This document shows positions 42,601 to 44,954 of a stretch of 44,954 nucleotides of DNA, piece after piece. The notes beneath the pieces are model-generated. The model worked only from the letters and a program-made list of their open reading frames with translations, was not told the origin of the DNA and did not search any database. Position 1 is the first letter of the stretch. Each line of letters opens with the position of its first letter. The position numbers were made by a program, and so were the translations under genes. This stretch comes from a phage, in the sequence record OZ503098.1. One strand, 5' to 3'.

Positions 42601-43138
42601 AGCGGCGCAGTTTGGTCAACAGTCTGCGGCTATCGAGCAGAAGATGACGTCTTCGTTTAACCATGCCGGTGGCAACGCCACATACAGCCTTAAGGCGGGC
42701 GTGACGTATAACGGGACTTACTATGATGCCGGTATGCAGCTTTCCGTCGTGGCGGAAGGCGGCGCGGTTAAATCCCGCATCGCCTTCAAGGCGGACCAGT
42801 TCTACATCATGCACCCGTCGAATGGGTCGCTTTCGTCCGCGTTTATCGTGGATGGCGGGCAGGTGTACATTGACACGGCCCGAATCAAGAACGCGTCGAT
42901 CAACTTCGCGCAGATCACGGACACGCTCCAATCGTACAACTGGATCCCAGAGAGCAGGGGCTGGCGTATCGCGAAAGATGGTTGGGCCGAGTTCCTCAGC
43001 GCTACGGTCCGCGGCAGGCTGTACGCTGATAGTGGTGATTTTGCTTTTAACGGAATAAACAACACCGTTCAAATTAACGGAAATGGGGTGACGGTTAACC
43101 TGCCCGGAGGCGGGAGGGTTGTATTAGGTACATTCTGA
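39686..43138 (+). CDS. Central tail fibre / host specificity protein J-like (tail tip attachment protein)
   Basis: 1150-aa ORF at the end of the tail tip module, translationally coupled to the I-like gene; size and position match lambda gpJ-type proteins. Confidence 0.8.
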   Translation: MTIVYDVTGHKGGGGKQHTPQETPDSLHSLAKIRILLALGEGEFEGIPDPNELRQRVYLDGTPIQNADLSENFPGARVEFRPGTQHQDVIHGFSAVESEQSVGVKLENGTPWVRQINDTSLDAVRIRIGIPALYTNEDNGDLVGGRIDYKIVVYTDNADPREFRFAAVGKTMSLYERDHRIELPPNVNTGWRVEVHRITADSTSAKVVNDIRVQSITEIIDARLRYPLTALLFVEFDAKAFQNIPRVSIKCKGRKVLVPNNYDPIRHTYSGNWDGTFKRAWTDNPAWHWYDICITERFGLGRRIKPQMLNRYALYQIAQRCDQLVSDGNGGQEIRFKNDMYIQSQTDAWTVLKDLAAIFAGMTWWGNQMLNIVSDQPVAAVSHTITNASVIDGRFDYASGSQKTRYSTFAVAYGNPKNHYDDAIATGQRVELVRRHKINRLDITAIGCTRESEAQRRGHWALISNQLDQQVSFKVGMEGLFFIPGSVVAIADTNISGGFETRGGRLLSDPGTRTVLHTDCEITFRPGDKFLVRTDSGNVETREIASVNGNKVTLKTALDADPIPDQPFCVDGNDIQLQKFRITDLEYDDSTSTFSVRGIEYNDSKYDAVDNGARLDPGIFTQVPDGVMKGPESVTITPSQISSQGQLITNVDIVFPPVKDAVVYEIQWRRTSLQNMEIQWGNDWVNIPRTASNGAHIPNVFSGNYQARVRAIGMGEISSPWVSSEITPVEGRLGGLNAPIITNAISGLHQILWKWNHNNAATDISYTELEVRKTGETEWKFLTNVPYPGAEYAQTSLEFGIYQQLRARVADKIGNLSDWSAPFEGQVSDKVDEYMKGLDDEFLTSEDGKHFQEAINTIPQGIYEAMLTDAQQLFNARAEYKGIYAEIKVAYNVAADASKAVAQLETLIGTRLDDAEAAIHTLQTAQSTHEQAFAQYQQTVAAKFGDQEAAIQQVQTATSTNAQALADYKVHVAAQFGQQSAAIEQKMTSSFNHAGGNATYSLKAGVTYNGTYYDAGMQLSVVAEGGAVKSRIAFKADQFYIMHPSNGSLSSAFIVDGGQVYIDTARIKNASINFAQITDTLQSYNWIPESRGWRIAKDGWAEFLSATVRGRLYADSGDFAFNGINNTVQINGNGVTVNLPGGGRVVLGTF

Positions 43139-43140
43139 AA

Positions 43141-43165
43141 TTAAAGCCCCGCAAGGGGCTTTAAT
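43141..43165. terminator. Bidirectional hairpin between the J-like gene (+) and the convergent minus-strand cassette
   Basis: AAAGCCCC-gcaa-GGGGCTTT palindrome between stop 43138 (+) and stop 43161 (-). Confidence 0.45.
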
Positions 43166-44096
43166 ACATGTTGGGGAGGTACGGCAGCGGAGTTGGTATT
43201 GTAACGTCGGGTCTGTTGCCGATTTCGTACCTTACAATTCGTGAGCCAGTTCCAGACCTTACATATCCGCCGCTCATAACCACGCCTTTGTTTCTTAGTT
43301 CCTTGTAGGCGGGTATAGCCCTTGTATTGAACCCACACCGTAGAATTGGGAAGTAGGAGTCACCAATATACTGATTGCTACCTGACAGACTTATAAACCC
43401 AGACACAATAAGGGGTCTGGTAACTGTTGAAAGTGTACAGGCGCCGTTGCGGTTAAATATGTTTAACCCTGGCCCCGGCACGGGCGCAACCATCTGGAAA
43501 ATAACCAAATCCATAGTAACACTTCCGGGTGTGTGCCCTGTATCATTTGTGTTTATGTTTGTGCATATCAACCGATTAACGCCGTCGTACTCAACTGAAA
43601 CACCAGAATTATCCCACCTGCCGAAAGGTATGCCGTATATTGGAAGGGTGTAACTATCATGGAATGAAATAGTTTGAGCAAATTTGCAGATAAGCAACCT
43701 GTCAGTTGTGGTTATCGAGGTGAAATCCGTGCTGTCGGCAACGTAAAGCCCCTGTCCTGTCGATGCTCTAAGAACCTCAACTACAGTACCCGAAAACTGC
43801 GTTACGCGGTCTGGATAACCGTTCTCATAGCCAATAGATATTGTTCCACTGGATGCTGTTGAAGAAAAGCCCTTTATATAATAAACCTCAACACCACGAT
43901 CTAGTTCGAATGAGTATGCGCCATTGTTCGGCAGAAGAAACCTCGAAGCCCCTTCATTACCTTGAATAGGGAATGACTTGCTAAACCCGCCACTTGAAAC
44001 ATTGAAGTTCCCCGCAAAATTCAAGGCACGCATACCCGCGGTGATTATCATCGGGTTGCGTCCGTCCTTAAGATCAATGTAGATACCTTGCGCCAT
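43161..44096 (-). CDS. Hypothetical protein (311 aa), second gene of a reverse-strand two-gene cassette
   Basis: ATG 44096 overlaps the stop of the upstream lipoprotein gene (TAATG); Gly/Ser/Thr-rich, beta-rich composition; no signal peptide recognised. Confidence 0.5.
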   Translation of the reverse strand: MAQGIYIDLKDGRNPMIITAGMRALNFAGNFNVSSGGFSKSFPIQGNEGASRFLLPNNGAYSFELDRGVEVYYIKGFSSTASSGTISIGYENGYPDRVTQFSGTVVEVLRASTGQGLYVADSTDFTSITTTDRLLICKFAQTISFHDSYTLPIYGIPFGRWDNSGVSVEYDGVNRLICTNINTNDTGHTPGSVTMDLVIFQMVAPVPGPGLNIFNRNGACTLSTVTRPLIVSGFISLSGSNQYIGDSYFPILRCGFNTRAIPAYKELRNKGVVMSGGYVRSGTGSRIVRYEIGNRPDVTIPTPLPYLPNMY

Positions 44097-44326
44097 TAGT
44101 TCCACTCCCGAGAGCCATAATCACGAACTGAGCCACCATGCCCTTTAATTCCGTCATAACGAATATCAACTTCACCCGCCGGAACAACTACACCGCCTTT
44201 CCATTTAGCCACACATACGCCGCTTGCTTGCGTCGCGCACCAACCATCCGTACGCGGGCCAGAAGAGCAACCAACAGCCATGACTACTAACGCGGCAATG
44301 ATTGCGGATTTGATTAAAGTTTTCAT
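44096..44326 (-). CDS. Small lipoprotein (76 aa): candidate receptor-masking / superinfection-exclusion factor
   Basis: ATG 44326 with AGGAG RBS; signal peptide with lipobox [23 protein letters not shown]; several Cys in the mature part; lies between tail tip and tail fibre genes on the opposite strand. Confidence 0.55.
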   Translation of the reverse strand: MKTLIKSAIIAALVVMAVGCSSGPRTDGWCATQASGVCVAKWKGGVVVPAGEVDIRYDGIKGHGGSVRDYGSREWN

Positions 44327-44356
44327 GGTATCATCTCCTGTATTGGGTTGAGTTTT

Positions 44357-44385
44357 AGTATTACACCGCTCAATCAAGAATGCAA
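44357..44385 (-). promoter_or_regulatory. Promoter for the lipoprotein cassette: TTGCAT-17-TGtAATACT on minus, with -35 inside an ATTGGTTGCA motif
   Basis: Plus-strand TGCAACCAAT at 44381-44390; minus-strand reading ATTGGTTGCATtcttgattgagcggTGtAATACT. Confidence 0.4.
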
Positions 44386-44406
44386 CCAATTTAAGAGGAT
44401 TTAGCT

Positions 44407-44954
44407 ATGGCAGCGGGTACGCTCTCTGTAACGAACAATAGCAAGGCAGTAGTAGGGGTCGGCACAACGTTTACCGCACTTAAAGCTGGCGACTTTCTGT
44501 CGCTGGTAGTGGGGCAAGTACCCTACACTGTTGCGATCGCGTCCGTCGAAAGCGACACCGCGCTTACGCTGGTGCTGCCGTTCGACGGCCCCACGGCAAC
44601 CGGCCTTGCCTGGGACGGCATCAAACGCGACACCATGTCACTGGCAACGATGGGCGTAACCGTCCAGGCACAGAAAGCATTGCGCTTGATGATTGCTGAC
44701 GAAAACAACTGGCGTGCAATCTTCGGTAACGAGGAACAGATCTCGGTCACGCTGCCGAGTGGGCAAGTTGTGCAGGGTATGTCATGGGGATACCTGTCCA
44801 GCCTGCTTAAAGACGTGGGCCCGGTGGAGTTGCAGGCTATCGCAGACCGGACCATCGCGGCTAAAAACGAGGCGGAAGGATTCCGTAACGAGGCGGAAGG
44901 ATTCAAGAACACCGCCAACTCTGCGAAAGATGCTGCCGTAGCCGCTAAGACCGC
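44407..44954 (+). CDS. Tail fibre protein, N-terminal part (continues as 3..1745 across the junction)
   Basis: ATG 44407 with AAGAGGA RBS; frame open to the window end and in phase with the 3..1745 ORF through the duplicated 127 bp. Confidence 0.65.
   Translation, partial: MAAGTLSVTNNSKAVVGVGTTFTALKAGDFLSLVVGQVPYTVAIASVESDTALTLVLPFDGPTATGLAWDGIKRDTMSLATMGVTVQAQKALRLMIADENNWRAIFGNEEQISVTLPSGQVVQGMSWGYLSSLLKDVGPVELQAIADRTIAAKNEAEGFRNEAEGFKNTANSAKDAAVAAKT
44828..44954. repeat. Exact 127-bp duplicate of window positions 1-127 (circular closure overlap or terminal redundancy)
   Basis: Base-for-base identity of 44828-44954 with 1-127. Confidence 0.9.

Noticed and set aside
42029-43072. 347-aa minus-strand ORF inside the J-like gene (also 40942..41796 and 35864..36577 inside the J-like and tape measure genes)
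   Set aside because: Antisense shadows within long plus-strand genes; Arg/Leu-rich translations typical of the wrong frame.
1-44954. Integrase, repressor, excisionase, tRNA or attachment site that would indicate a temperate lifestyle
   Set aside because: No ORF shows tyrosine or serine recombinase or CI-like features, and no tRNA-like sequence was recognised by eye; absence is tentative without tRNA and HMM scans.

Overview
The window reads as a complete, circularly closed genome of a tailed dsDNA phage (siphovirus-like, lambda-type tail tip genes). Positions 44828-44954 are an exact copy of 1-127, so the unit length is about 44,827 bp and the tail-fibre gene runs through the window junction (44407..44954 continuing as 3..1745). 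Two divergent transcription blocks meet at a control region (14770-15033). The leftward block (14769 down to 1771, minus strand) carries replication, recombination and DNA-modification genes: family A DNA polymerase, SF2 helicase, DUF2800-like nuclease, DUF2815-like putative SSB, VRR-NUC, Dam-type N6-adenine methyltransferase, a compact C5-cytosine-methyltransferase-like protein, a HAD phosphatase and HNH-like proteins. The rightward block (15034 to 43138, plus strand) carries an HTH regulator, a primase-helicase, small middle genes, a holin/endolysin cassette, a metallophosphoesterase, terminase small and large subunits, portal, head morphogenesis protein, scaffold, major capsid, head-tail connectors, major tail protein, a G/GT chaperone with a -1 frameshift, tape measure, and M/L/K/I/J-like tail tip proteins. 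Features not explained by this backbone are: two near-identical GCGGGACA iteron/hairpin arrays (one splitting the tail operon), a recurrent ATTGGTTGCA promoter/operator motif, a spanin pair relocated into the head module, an opposite-strand moron at 27552..28316, and a reverse-strand lipoprotein plus 312-aa protein cassette between the J-like gene and the tail fibre gene. No integrase, repressor, CRISPR array, rRNA or tRNA was recognised by eye. All calls rest on reading the six-frame translations and the DNA directly; no database search was run, so family names are motif-based inferences and no genus is assigned.
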